Below are positions 14,270-27,895 of a DNA stretch of 64,000 nt, piece after piece. Numbering within the stretch: the first letter of the stretch is position 1; every line of letters starts with the position of its first letter. The DNA comes from Amoebidium appalachense. Lineage: Eukaryota > Protista > Ichthyosporea. The stretch is from NCBI GenBank assembly GCA_963693365.1, contig CAVNZM010000007.1, positions 603,479 through 667,478 of the forward strand, read 5' to 3'. Made by a program: the position numbers and the translations under genes. The notes under the pieces are model-generated. The model searched no databases, was not told the origin of the DNA, and saw only the letters and a program-made list of their open reading frames with translations.

Positions 14270-15134
14270 GGGGGGTAAGGGGTGTTGTTGTGGAGATTGG
14301 GAGGCAGCCCGGGGGGAGAGGGGGAGGGGGGGAGGGGGGGGGTGTCTGTGTGTGTGCGGGCGCACATGTGTGTGCGCGCGCACATGTGTGTAGGTATGTG
14401 TGTGTGCGTGTATGAGTGGGTATGTGGGTATGGGTGGGTTGGTGAGTGTGTATGTGTGTGAGAGTGTGAGTCTGTGTGTGTGTGTCTGTGTGCGCGCGTG
14501 TGGTGCTTGGGTGGGTGAGTGTGGTGAGTGTGTGTGTATGTGTGTGTGTGTGTGCGCGCGCGTGTGCTAGGGTGTAATGGGATCCCGCGGGGGGGGGGGG
14601 GGGGGGGGGGGAGGGGGGGGGGGGGGAGGGGGATAAATGCAGTTAATGTTAAGAAAGCTAGTACGAAAGCCATGCAAATACCATCACAAACAGCAATAAA
14701 ACACAACAAGTGTGCGAAAGAAAATCTCCAGGGCATTCGAGGAGGGAGGGCTCGGGGAGGGGGGGGGGAGGGGGGGGGGGGGGGGGGGGGGGGGGGCAAA
14801 CCTTGATTTGAGGCTCTTAGGGCTGTGATGTAACGTCCTTGTAGATGGATCGAGGCCTCAAGATCCGCAACACGGCCTAAAGGGGTCGGGTCAGCATAAA
14901 AACATAAAAGATAGTGAAGATATATCGTTTAAGAACAAAAACCCCCATGACTACATGAAATGAGGTTATGTATACTATGATGACACGTGCTTTGAATTTG
15001 TTCGTGTTCGAAATGAGGTTGAATAGACGGGTGAAGCTGCGTGTGTGTGTTCGACTGTAATCATTAACACGTGTGTGTGTGCGTGCGTGTGTGTGTGTGT
15101 TTGTGTGTGTGCGTGTATGTGTGCGCGCGCCCAT

Positions 15135-15203
<69 letters not shown>

Positions 15204-15403
15204 TGTGCGTGCGTGCTTGCGCGCGCGCGTGTGTGTGTGTGTGTGTGTGTGTGCGTGCGTGCGTGTGTGTGTGTGTCTCTGTGCGGGCGGGCCTGCATGC
15301 GTGCGTGTGTGCATGTGTGTGCCCGTGAAGTGTGCGGCTGTACGTCTGTGTGCGTCTGTGTGCATGTATGCAAGTGAGGATGAATGTATGTGCATGTGTG
15401 TGC

Positions 15404-15477
<74 letters not shown>

Positions 15478-16027
15478 ACGTATGCCTGTGTGTATGTGTG
15501 AACACATCTGTATTTGTGTGTGTGCACACGTATGCCTGTGTGTATGTGTGAACACATCTGTATTTGTGTGTGTGCACACGTATGCCTGTGTGTATGTGTG
15601 AACACATCTGTATTTGTGTGTGTGCACACGTATGCCTGTGTGTATGTGTGAACACATCTGTATTTGTGTGTGTGCACACGTATGCCTGTGTGTATGTGTG
15701 AACACATCTGTATTTGTGTGTGTGCACACGTATGCCTGTGTGTATGTGTGAACACATCTGTATGTGTGTGTGTGCACATGTGCCTGTGCAGACACACCCA
15801 CCCACCCTCGTTCAAGTGCAGCCCATACTCCCTGTTTTCCTCCATTAGCTGTGCACACTTTGCCCTCAGCCGCAGACCCACAGCACTGCAAAATAAAACT
15901 TTCAGTTATGAACAAAACAAGACAAACCAATAGAGCCCCTCTTCTTCCCCCCCCCCCCCCCCCCCTTGCTCCACCTTCCGAAATGCAACCATAAAGCCTC
16001 CGGTTTACCTTTTTAACTCACTGAATA

Positions 16028-16058
<31 letters not shown>

Positions 16059-16414
16059 GCTGTAAAAGACACACAGGAAGGCCCCCTTCCACCAGTCGAA
16101 AATGCCCTTAAGCCCTCCCCCCCCCTCCCCCCCCCCCCCCTCCCCCCTCCCCCCTCCCCCCCACCCCATCAACAACAACAAAAAAAACTCCTTTGCAATT
16201 TAAGTCACCGAGTGCACCTGGGCCAGCACCTTCACCGGAAGAGAGAAGGGGGAGGGCAAAGAAGAAAAAAACGGATCTAGACAGGGAATCGAGACTTTCA
16301 GCAGCATAGCTGTTTGCTCTGTGCATATACAAAAAATTAAAGGAAGACGAAGAAACACAATAAGAAAGAAAGAAAAGAAGAGGGAACGAAAGAATGAAAG
16401 AAAAGAGGAGGGAC

Positions 16415-16456
<42 letters not shown>

Positions 16457-16685
16457 CCGCGGAACCAAACAGGAATCGAGGCCCCGAGCATACTCGCACC
16501 AACACACCTACCTGTTTGGTGTGTGCCTGTACGTGTCCGTAGTGTTTGCCAATTGCTCCGCCTTTGCTCTCACCCCCACTATCTCTCCCTTCAGTCCCAC
16601 CAACACACTACCAACAAGAGGGTCGTAGCTGTCCAGTTTGACTCCACACACGAGACGTTGGAGGGACTGCTGTGATTGCTCCTGT

Positions 16686-16744
<59 letters not shown>

Positions 16745-16983
16745 TGTGTGGAGGGGGTGGGTGGGTGGGTGGGTGGTGGTGGGGGGGGGGGGGGGTATTG
16801 GTATGGGTTTTTTTAGGAGATTTCCTTTATTTAATTATTTATTTATTTCTTTCTTTTATTTCTATTCTTTTCTTTTTCTTTTTTTTTTGTTGTTGTTGTT
16901 GGGGGGGGGGGGGGGTATGAGTTCTGGCTGCAAAGGCAACACGACGTAGCATACATAACACCATGCCAGTGCGATTCTCAGAT

Positions 16984-17022
<39 letters not shown>

Positions 17023-17057
17023 CCGCCCTATATATATATATATACACACACATACAA

Positions 17058-17088
<31 letters not shown>

Positions 17089-17265
17089 AATCACCCAACC
17101 CACCCATCCTCTCCTTTCACCTCGCCCATCTCCACCCCCCCAATACCAACACCACCACACAGGCATGCGCGCATACACCCACCCACCCACCCAATTCCCC
17201 ACTCCCACCCACCCACCACCCACCCACACACCCAGCCCGACACCCCCTCAACAAGCCCCCCCTCA

Positions 17266-17297
<32 letters not shown>

Positions 17298-17603
17298 ACC
17301 CCCCCACCCACACACCCCCACACACCCCTCCCCCCGCCCCATTCAACCACCCAACCACCTCCACCCCCACACAACCATTTAAACCCCGCATCCCCCCACC
17401 CATCCATTCCCACTCCCACCCTCAACCCCACCCACCCACCCACACCCACATCCCCCCCCCCCCCCCTCAAACACACACACCCACACATCCTTCCACCCCT
17501 TCATCCCCCCCCCCCCCCCCCCCCACCGGCCCCACCCACCCACTCCCACACGTCTTCCCCCTTCCCTCCCCCCCCCTCCCTTCTACCCCCATCCCCCCCC
17601 CCC

Positions 17604-17634
<31 letters not shown>

Positions 17635-17774
17635 ACCCACCCACCCACCCACCCACCATGAGTGCATTCATATCCGTGTCTGCTGCCTGCATCTGCTGCT
17701 GCATGGCCCCCACATACTCCTGTGCCCCCTCAAGGGGGTGCCCGGCCCCCTCCCCAGGCACATCAACACCCATC

Positions 17775-17836
<62 letters not shown>

Positions 17837-19199
17837 AGTGCGTGGGCATGCGTGGGTGGTGGTGGGCAGGGGATGAAAGGGAGGTGTTATTCTACAGGAA
17901 TTGAGAGTCATGATTAGAGCCATTATATCCAACTTGAAAAGAAACACTTTTCATCGAACCGCCAGAGAAGGAAATCGTGTTTTTATCCGACCCAAATAAG
18001 TACCATGGTTCTTGTACTTTCATATTGAATACAACCCGGGGATCATTATCAAAATAGGACAACAAGCATATGATAGGCATATAGTCTGTCACATCTATGA
18101 CAACGGGTGATTTGTGTTCACTAGCACATTCGTTCTGCCCTCTTTCTCTTGCCCTTTTCATCTCCTTGTTTCTTATCTTTCCTTACACCTATTCCCGTAG
18201 TTCTCATCTTTTACCCTTTCTCGGAAGGAAGCACTTTTTCGGACGAATCCCGTTCCCCTTTTTTTTCAATCACGTTTCCTTTTTTGGGCAGGAACCACCC
18301 CACCTTGCAGGGATATAACCAACATTCTCTCCTGTCTTCTCAGTTCGGCCAAAGTCTCCTGCCTCTCAACAAGCCTGCATGGGTGCTGTTAGTGGAATTC
18401 TGAAGACACAGAGGTGTGGGGTGTGGTGTGTGAAGAGACAGCGGAGCGCGGGGCGGAGTAAGGCGGGGCGGAGTAAGGCGGGGCGGGGCGGGGCGGGGCA
18501 GGGGCAGGCGGCGGCGCCGGGGGGGGGAGGGGAGGGGGGGGGGGGGGAGGGGAGGGGGCAAGGCGAGGAGTAGGGGGAGAGTGGAGGGGGGGGGGGAGGG
18601 GGGGAGGGGGGGGGGAAGACGAGGGATGCTTTTGCAAGCTCGACAGAAAAGAGAGCGAGAGGGACCGAGAATGAGCAAGAGAGAGTTGTTTATGTGTGTT
18701 TGTGCAGATGGGAAGAGATATGGGAGACAGAAAGACCGGGGAAGTGAGAGGAAACGGGGAGGGTGGAGGGGGGGGGGGGGGGGGGGGGGGGGAGGGGGGC
18801 TGGTAGCAACGGGGGATGATCTTTGAGAGACAGAAAGAAGTGCCTGTGTGTCTGTGTCTGTGTCTGTGTGTGTGTGTGTGTGTGTGTGGAGGGGAAGGAG
18901 GGGGTAGAGCAGAGGGAGAGCAGAGGGAAGAGAGAGAGAGAGAGCTAAAGGGGGGACGGGGATGGGGGAAGGGGAGTGAAAGGGGGGGGGGGGGAGGGGG
19001 GGAGCGATAGAAAAAGAGGGGGGAGGGGAAACTGAATGGGAGAGAAAGGGGGGAAAGGGAGCCAGAGAATGGGGGGGGGGAGGGTGGGTGGGTGGGAGAG
19101 AGAGAGGGGGGGGGAAAGGGGGGGGGGGGGGGGGAGGGAGGGAGGGAGGGAGGGAGGGAGGGAGGGAGGGGGGGGGGGAGGGGAGGAAGAGAGAGAGAG

Positions 19200-19290
<91 letters not shown>

Positions 19291-19363
19291 AGGGAGGGAG
19301 GGAGGGAGAGGGAGAGGGAGGGAGAGGGAGGGAGAGATGGGGGGGATATATATATAGATAAAT

Positions 19364-19403
<40 letters not shown>

Positions 19404-19415
19404 AGGGGGGGGGGG

Positions 19416-19503
<88 letters not shown>

Positions 19504-19880
19504 AGGGAGAGATGGGGGGGAGGGGGAGAGAGGGAGAGAGGGATAGACAGATAGATAGATAGGTAGAGAGAGAGAGAGATAGAGAAAGAGACAGAGAGAG
19601 GGGGGGGGGGGGGGGGGGGGGGGGAGAGAGAGAGACTATGTGTGCCACCTTGTGTGTATGTGTGTGTGTATGTGTATGTCTCTCTCATTGCACGAGCGTT
19701 TTTAACATGGAACGAAAGAGTGATTACATGTGTGTGAATTTTCAGTAGGAGAGACAGCGAGAGTCAAAGATTGGCGTCTTAGTATGTGTCCGTGTATTGG
19801 CACACGCACTATACACATAAAGAGGTGATGTGCACGCACCTCGCTTGCAATGACTCCTCCGTCTCGCCGCCATTCTGCAT
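12741..19880 (-). CDS. WTAP: WTAP/Fl(2)d/FIP37 homologue (m6A writer complex subunit), 7 exons (19880-19840, 18374-18304, 17775-17657, 16681-16512, 15885-15806, 14876-14802, 14050-12741)
   Basis: The spliced product reads [11 protein letters not shown]...[14 protein letters not shown]...[45 protein letters not shown]...[17 protein letters not shown]. This matches the WTAP core as I recall it (DPAINLFFLKMKGE...FTPDSQTGKKLMAKCRMLIQENQELGRQLSQGRIAQLEAELALQ). All junction phases agree. The start codon is tentative. Confidence 0.85.
15476..15780. repeat. 50-bp intronic minisatellite, 6 copies
   Basis: TATGCCTGTGTGTATGTGTGAACACATCTG recurs at 15481, 15531, 15581, 15631, 15681 and 15731. Confidence 0.95.
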
Positions 19881-20614
19881 CCATTCCTGTCAGCGCTTCT
19901 GCGACACACTCCACATCTTCGACCCTCTTCCTCTAACACGCACGAACCAAACTGTCAACCATTCTCATTTATACCCACCTGTCCTTTTTCCCCCAGCAGA
20001 TCTCCCACCCACTTCCCCCACAGCAAGATGGAAATCTGCTTAAATCTAGCGACCCGCTTCAACCTGGCACACAACATGCCTCAAGTTCGCCTACCTGCTC
20101 AAATCCTGGGCCGGACATCTCTCGGTTTGTATTGGCTTCCTCTCAACCGCTCACTCCTGAGTGACTCCCTCCTCACCTAATTCCCACCCAAACCCGCCCA
20201 ACTTCCAAACAAGGTGATGTAATTATGCTGTGTGCCAGCATGGTCAGGCTAATACTTGTGCCTCGTATTTCTATGTAGCTCTCGTGAATAATAATGTTAT
20301 GTTTTTTAACATACTGGCAACGATATATACCTCACCACACTAATCGTAACACCCTACCACACTAAACCCAACGTTAACAGTTTCAACAACTACGAAGGGT
20401 GAAGCCAGGTTGTCGTAAATAAAGTTGGATCGTTAGGTCTACATTTGTAGACTTCTATCAACGCCTTTCTATGGCAACCACTTTAGGGGCCGCTCCAATG
20501 ACGTCATGCTGATATGCTCAACTTGGGCACATATTATAATCAACTCGTTTCAGACACTGTTGCGTATTTAATGGGAGTCCGGAAAAAGCCCTCCCCCTCC
20601 TCCCACCCCCTCCA

Positions 20615-20646
<32 letters not shown>

Positions 20647-20727
20647 CCGGCCGCGACAGTAAGCGGCGGCCGGGGGGGGGGGGGGGGGGGGGGGAGCGGT
20701 TTTCATTGTTGTGGGTTTCCTTTTTCC

Positions 20728-20767
<40 letters not shown>

Positions 20768-21632
20768 TTTTTTTTTTTTTTTTTTTTTGGGGGGGGGGGG
20801 GGGTTTAGACGGTTTATATTTTTGTGTGCGTGTGGGTACATTTTTGTGGGTGTACGTGTGTGCATTTATGTGTGTGGGTGTGTGTGTGCACATGTGCATG
20901 TGTGTGATACGATGTGTGTGTGCACGGTGCGTGTGTGTATATGTACGTGCGCGCAAATGCATGTGTATCTGTGCGTGCGTGTGTGGGTCCGTGCGTGCGT
21001 GACCCTGGGGGGGGCGCGAGGGGGGGGGGGGGGGGGGGGGGGGGAAATAGATAGGAAGAGGGGGTGGGAGGGGGGTGGGGAGGGGTGGGGGGGCAAGGGG
21101 GGGGGGGGGGGGGAGGGGGGAGGGAGGGGACGGGATCTAACCAGAGACGAAGTGGCAATGTCTCAGTTTGTCGAATTCGTGTTTATGGGAGCGGCATGCT
21201 TGTATACCATAACCCCATAGAGACGTTCAACTTGGTGAAAAAAATTGGTGTTAATAAAAACGGAAAACCATCGAGCATTTTACAAAATCTACATATCTCC
21301 ACCGGGTGGTTACAAAACCCGTTATGTATCACTTATTAAAAACCTGCATTGCTATTCACAAAACTGATATACTGCTACTTACAAACCTACAAATTGCAAT
21401 TTACAAAACCTACATAAAAGACCTGACTAAGGACTCAGATATGCAGCAAAAAAAAAAAAGAAGAAAAAGGGGAGGGGGAAAAAAAAAAAACTGGCACAGC
21501 CTAGTTGCTCGCACTTGCTTATCTCTTACAAAAACACCTTTGGGAGTTCCCGAGTCAATTCAAGTTCTTAAAAACATAGAGAATTGGAATTTCAGTCGCA
21601 TATGCATATATTGGTACCGGGTTGGTAGCATG

Positions 21633-22141
21633 TTATACAATGATGATATTTGGGCAGTCTGCCGAGCCCGTACCTGACCCACCTGACGTGACAATCGGGC
21701 ACACTGTAGGAATGCTCAGTCAGTTAAAAATTTAAAATGTTGAATTATAATTTAGTTATAAGCCTTGATAGGTTCCAGTGTTTCCAGCTAGGGTATGGAA
21801 CAACATTGCTGGGGAATGAATGGTGGCATTGGCTAATATTAGTAGCCATTCAAATTCTATTTTCTGACATGGGCAAGCCAGAAATTTCGGCCAGTCCGCC
21901 CCTCCCCCTCTATCCCCTCCTTTTCTACTTCAACCCTTCTGTGTTCGCCCACTGACTGGGTAACTCTCCTCCTCCCTCCCCCCCCTCCCCCTTTCCCCCT
22001 TCCCCCGGCCTCACCACACTCCGTGTCGACGCGTGTCATTATTGTTTTTTCCTGCCCTTGTAATTTGTCTGTTGTGTCTAGTCGCCTCCTCCCTTGCCCC
22101 ATCAAAACGCACACGCACATGTGTACACGCGTTCACACAAC

Positions 22142-22172
<31 letters not shown>

Positions 22173-22233
22173 CCACACACACACGTACAGAACCAAAATG
22201 TGTGTACGTGTGTGTGTGTGTGTGTTTTGTGTG

Positions 22234-22290
<57 letters not shown>

Positions 22291-22656
22291 CGTGTGTGTG
22301 CGTGTGTCTGTGTGTGCGTGTGTGTGCGTGTATGTGTGTGTGTGCGTGCCACGGTGCGTGTGTGTGTGCGTGTGTGCGTGCGTGTGTGTGTGTGCGTGTG
22401 TTTACGTGTGTGTGTGCGTGTGTGTGTGTGCGTACCCCATACGTGCAATAGCCTTCTTCACATTGCCACCCAACAACCTACCTCCGCACAGCATTCCAAC
22501 CCCTGGCACATATGTTCTCGAGGAGCCAGCAGGACAGACCACACAGTCGACATAGTTCTTGTAGCACTTGTAGGAGAGACAGTCTCGGCTGGTGATGGGG
22601 AACGGCAGTGTACATGCTGTTTTTTTTTTTTGTTTTTTTTTGTTTTTTTTTTTGGG

Positions 22657-22688
<32 letters not shown>

Positions 22689-22864
22689 GAACGGTTAGTT
22701 AGAGGATTATGCGTGGGTTGGGGAACATGGGATAGGGATTAAGGTTTTTAAACCAACTTGGGACTTCGATTTCTCTCTGTGTGTGTGTGCTAGTGGCGGT
22801 TCTGGTTGCGGGGGTGGAGGAAGCGAGGGGTGAGGAGGTTTGTTGTGTGTGTGTGTGCGTGTCT

Positions 22865-22914
<50 letters not shown>

Positions 22915-24722
22915 GGGGGGGGGGGATGCGAATTGGCTGGCGAAGAGATTGGGATTTTTTTATTTTTTTATTTATTTATTTTTTTTTTTTTTTTGGGGGG
23001 GGGGGGGGGTTTGCAGAGAAACGAATGGACCAAGAAAAAAAAGCAGTTAAACAAACTGGGTGGGGAAACAACTTATGGATGGACCAAGAAGAAAAAGGTT
23101 GTGATTTATCAGAAACCGAGTGGACTGGAAAATCTACAATGCAGACCGAATCCAAAAGAATATAACCAAACATTCTTATTGGTCATGAGAAATGCGATAC
23201 GTACCAACACACTTTGAAGTCACCGTGTCCAGATAGTATCCCTGGGCACAACTGTAGCACTTAGAGTCTGTTGGCCCTGTACAGGCTACAGAAGACGTGC
23301 AGCCGCTAACGGGGGTACATGAGGTACACTGACCCTGCGAGGTACGGTAGTAGCTGTGGGGGGAGAGGGAGGGGAGGGAAGGGGGGGTTAGCGGGTGTAT
23401 GTGGGTATGTTTTTTGGGGGGGAGGGGGGTGTGTGGGTTGGTGGGGAGAGGAGGGATAAGGCGAGGGTTGTGTTGGGGGGCGGGGGCGGGCGAGGGGGGG
23501 GGGGGGGGGTGGCGGGGGAGAAGTGTGTGTGTGTGTAAGTGTGTGTGTGGCATAGGGTGATATAGTCACAACACAGAAACCGTGTCCGGCTGCAATCCGA
23601 TCTCCTTCCATTTCCGTCAATCCGACCAAGCCGTTTTTTGAGAGGAGGGCAACAGAAATTAGTTTTGGCCCAAAATCATGGCGTGCGCCAGCGGCAACCT
23701 TTTTATGCTGTATAATATGCATTTATTGCTAAAAGCAACCAAATATAAGCAAATATATAATATAAAAAGGGTTTTTTTAAAGATAACATGATAAATAGTT
23801 GGTTATTGAATGTTTTTTGTCTTCCCTTTGACTGCGGTGGCGTCGTTGCTTCAAGGTAAAATGTGTTTGTCATACTCTGGCTCAAACGAATCAGGTGGAG
23901 CCGGCTCAGCGCCGTTGATCGATTGATTGGGCGCAAGTGGGAATCGGATTATCCAAAGCTATATGAGTCGATTGGATCCGCAATTCCAATTTAAAACTTT
24001 AAGGTCTTTTGATTGGATCCGCAATTCCAGTTTAAAAATTTGATGACTTTTTCGGTTGTGAATAGTTGGCCAGATGGGGGGGGAAAGGGAAACAGCATAT
24101 ACGATTCTCTTGCGGTGAAGGGGGAGGGGCGGGGGGGGGGGGGGGGGGGGGGAGACAGTGGATACATTTGGGTGCCCGGTGCCGAAGTTTAGCCTAAGTT
24201 AGATCATGTAACACAATGGAAATGAGGTCGCATGGGGTAGAAGGCGTTTGGGCGGCCGGGTGGTGGTGGTGGAGGGGGAGAAGGGAGGCCTAGTGTGGTG
24301 GGGAGCCTTGAAGGGGGAAGGGGGTGGGGGTGGGGAGAGGGGGAGGACGGGGGGCGGGATGGGACTAACCCCGGGTAGCAGCCACCGGCCCTGCAGACAC
24401 TGTTTGTTGCGGTGGTGCAGGTGGTGGCATTCTGGAAGCAGTTGGATGCCTGCGTGCACACTGGGGGGGGGGGGGGGGGGGGGATGAGAATTATTTCAGG
24501 AACACGGGAGAAAGGGGGGGGAGAGGGGGGGGGGGGGGGGGGAGAAGAAGGGAGGGTGGGGAAGGGCCGGGGAGGGCGCGGGGGGGGGGGGGGGGGGGGG
24601 GGGGGGGGAATAGAAGGGGATGATGGTCGAGTCTCAGCCTCAGAGGGTGGTTGGGGTTGAAGAAAACGGAGAGGAGGTGAGTTGCTGCAGGAGATTCTAA
24701 GACCACAGTACGGAGCGCGCGC

Positions 24723-24770
<48 letters not shown>

Positions 24771-26026
24771 ACGCATGCGCTTGGGGGGGGGGGGGTGTAA
24801 AAAACCAACCAAAAAAAAAAAAAAAGAAAGAAAAAGAAATATCAAAGCGCACCTTTGCATGCACCCCCAGTCGATGGGTTGTAGAATCCAACGTTGCAGC
24901 CGCCAGCAGTGCAGATGGCATCATCCGACGCAGTGCACACACTCTTCCCAGTTTGGCAATTCTCCACCGCCGGGCACGCCTTACACTCTCCACCCAAGAT
25001 CTTTCTGTTGTAATAACCACTGTTACACTGTTGGGGTGCACACCGCGCGTTCTGGACCCCAGGGCCCGTGCACGTGCTTAGACCCAGTTGGCAGTTGGGT
25101 GCTTGTGCGCACAGTAGACACGTGTTCCCGCTCTTATAGTACCCTGTCATGCAGTATACTTCTGGTTGGTCGGGAGAGATAGTGGCTGTTTTTGTGTATG
25201 TTTGCGTGTACGTGGAAAAGCTCGTTGTTGGGATAAGCGCTGTGACAGTTTCCGTGAATGCGCCAGTGCTTGTGTATGTCCTTCCTGCGCTTGTATACGT
25301 GAGAGTTTCTGTTGTCACAATCGCAGTTGTTGCTGTAAAGTAGTTTGTGTCGGTGACTGTTTGCGTGTTTGTCGTCACCTCCCACGTCTGTGGTTTTATG
25401 TATTTCTCAACGATAACCTTGATGACTCCGGCCTTTTTCCACAGGATTTTCTGTACAATGATCGACTCCTTAATCTTTAAAAACACCTCTTCGTTGATAA
25501 AAACAATCTTAATTTCCGTTGTGTTCGTTTGGTTGTTGCACTCAATCGGTGCTCCGGATAGCTGCGCGCTCCCTGGGGGCACACGCGCAATAAACTCTAT
25601 TACTGCTAGTAGTTGCTCTGCCTGTTCTTGATCCACACATCTCCCAACAACAACCGTGACTTCACGATTGTACGTGAACTCTGTTGGTTGCGGTAGGGGC
25701 CCACACCCAGCCGTGTGTGTGACCGTGCGTGTGACGAGGAGGGGTTTGGGTGTGATTGTGCGTGTGCGTGTGCGCATGTGTGTTTTTATTGACGTTATTG
25801 TTGGTGCGTTTTCTGTAACAGTTACCGTGGATAGTTGTTGTGGGTTAAAGTTCATCTTTGGCTCTGGTGTTTCGTTGAGGTTTTGGGGTGGGTCATAGAG
25901 TCCAAACCCGGCAACGCCTAACCTCGCTGCAGCAAAGCCATCCTGAGCTTTTGCCGGTCGAAAAAACAAACAAGAAAGAGAACAGAGAGCGAGAAAAACA
26001 CCAGGGACCGCCATTCTCTTAGCCAT
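21633..26026 (-). CDS. Secreted protein with Thr-rich region and tandem Cys-rich (TNFR/furin-like) repeats, 5 exons (26026-24853, 24460-24370, 23353-23205, 22616-22482, 21703-21633)
   Basis: Signal peptide-like N-terminus [27 protein letters not shown]. Thr-rich stretch, then repeated C..GYY....C..C....NC......CT...D..C units. Phase-consistent GT-AG junctions end in ...DCPNIIIV*. Confidence 0.8.
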
Positions 26027-27895
26027 GTTGCCGGTCCGTGGCCCTTCGAATCCTGGTTGTGTTTTGTGGGCGTGGCAGTCGCTAAATATACAAACCAGGG
26101 CTTGAAATTGACGTGTGGACGGTCCCCCTGCGGCACTAATATTAGTACTACAGTAACGGTTACAGGTGGACTTCAACAATTGAATTTAGCGCCGTATATA
26201 AATACTTCTGTTTAAATCCATTCTCATTTTTCTCCCATTCCACTTTCTATGTCTCCACTGGATCCAACATCAATTGCCAAGCCGCAGCAAACGATATTCG
26301 TCACCTAGCCAAGACAATGGATAGACAGCGGCAATGCACACAATCAGTGTACAGCAATTCAAACCCTTGTTAGGCACCGCCTGTTGTTGATTGGGTTACC
26401 TAAATTCCACGTTAGCCAATCATATACAAAAAATGTCTCTAAGAATGTGTGACCCTTCCCCAGTGGTAACTGAGAGCTTACGAAATCACTAAGTAGGTGT
26501 TAGGTGGCTACATTAGGCACGTAAATTAGTAAATATAAATAAAATAGTTCATATAAAAAACAAGTTAGCATGAAAACACACCGGCACATGGTCAAAATAG
26601 TTTATTGGTTATTTTTCGCCTTGCCGGCAGTGCTATTTTGGACATTTTGGATCTGTGAGTGCTTTAGCTTTTGACGAAAGCCAAAAATACCGAGTTTCTT
26701 GTAGCACTGTGTCCAAAAAAACTGATTCGGTCGGCTGCCGTCGCTCATTTCAAGTTTTCAACCGGTTTGCGTTCAGCCCTGCTGTACACCTTTCTGAGAA
26801 ACCAAGTATCTTTTCGCTTGTTGCAGCTGGGATGAATCGATATCATTGGTACGAAGCTTTTTAGGTCCACCAATCCCAAAGGTGTGCAGATTCCACAGCA
26901 AACCACGGTGTGCTGAGCATGCGAGCTCCATAGCCAGGTTTTTTTGATTTAGCTATATTGTAGTTGGTCACTCGACGGGTTTTTTTGGGTATTCTAAGGC
27001 ATACATAAAATTTAGCTATGTACCTGCTTCAAGCCATTCCAGGCTTATCTTAAATGCCTGAAAAAAACTGTATGGTTCACGTGCATGCGGGTTTTTTCAA
27101 ACCCTGCACGGATATGCAGGTGGATATCGATCATCACGGGCACTCAGCTACTTTCTCAGCTACACGGATGACTCGCGGATATGTGAGGGTAGTAGTGGGT
27201 CATCGATATCTATTTACTGATTATTGCCAGTGCCGCATAAAATTAAAACCTAGAATGAGCATGCGTAAGACGTGTATTATGCACATATTTAGTAATATCT
27301 AACAATGTTTCACATGGATTCGAGCATTGCTGATCTACGTGGGATCGATGTCGATGAGCGCTCGCTTGTTTTGCACCCATTGCAACTCACGGCTTGGTGC
27401 GAGTCTATGCAAGTCCGATCATGATGAAACAGTTTGCCGGGAGATCTATTTTTGCCAGCAAAAGCTGCACGAATCGGGTTGAGCATGCAGCACAAATGTA
27501 TCTGTGACCGCAAGCTCGAACTTATGTCTTGGAAAGTCTTTCCTATTCATATTCTCGTTGCCAAGAATATTTTTTCCTTAAGAGTTGTCACTTGCATTCA
27601 ATGGTTTTTTTCATGACCCGTGCCTACGATCATGATGTAACCGTTGTTTGCGGAGATCCTATTCGTCGTCTTTGATTGGCGCATTGACTTTGCCGCGCTC
27701 TGTGACTCGATCAAGATTGCGGCATGCTCTGAGCCCGCCTGGCCATTCCCGGCTCTTTTTCTTTTTTTTTTTTTCCCCTTCTTTTCCCCGTTTTGAGTCT
27801 GATGTAACCCTCCACCCACTTCATTTTCCCCCAAGAGTCGTGGTTGTCGGAACGTTCAAAAGTCGACTTTTCGTGTCGTTTTTTCCTCTCCGAAA

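Noticed and set aside
16560-16600. Suspected frameshift in WTAP exon 4
   Set aside because: Recounting the G-run shows the frame is intact (GEIVGVRAK)
23562-24064. Possible intronic MITE (TAGTCACAAC ... GTTGTGAATA) with an internal ~27-bp duplication
   Set aside because: TIR short and imperfect, no TSD found
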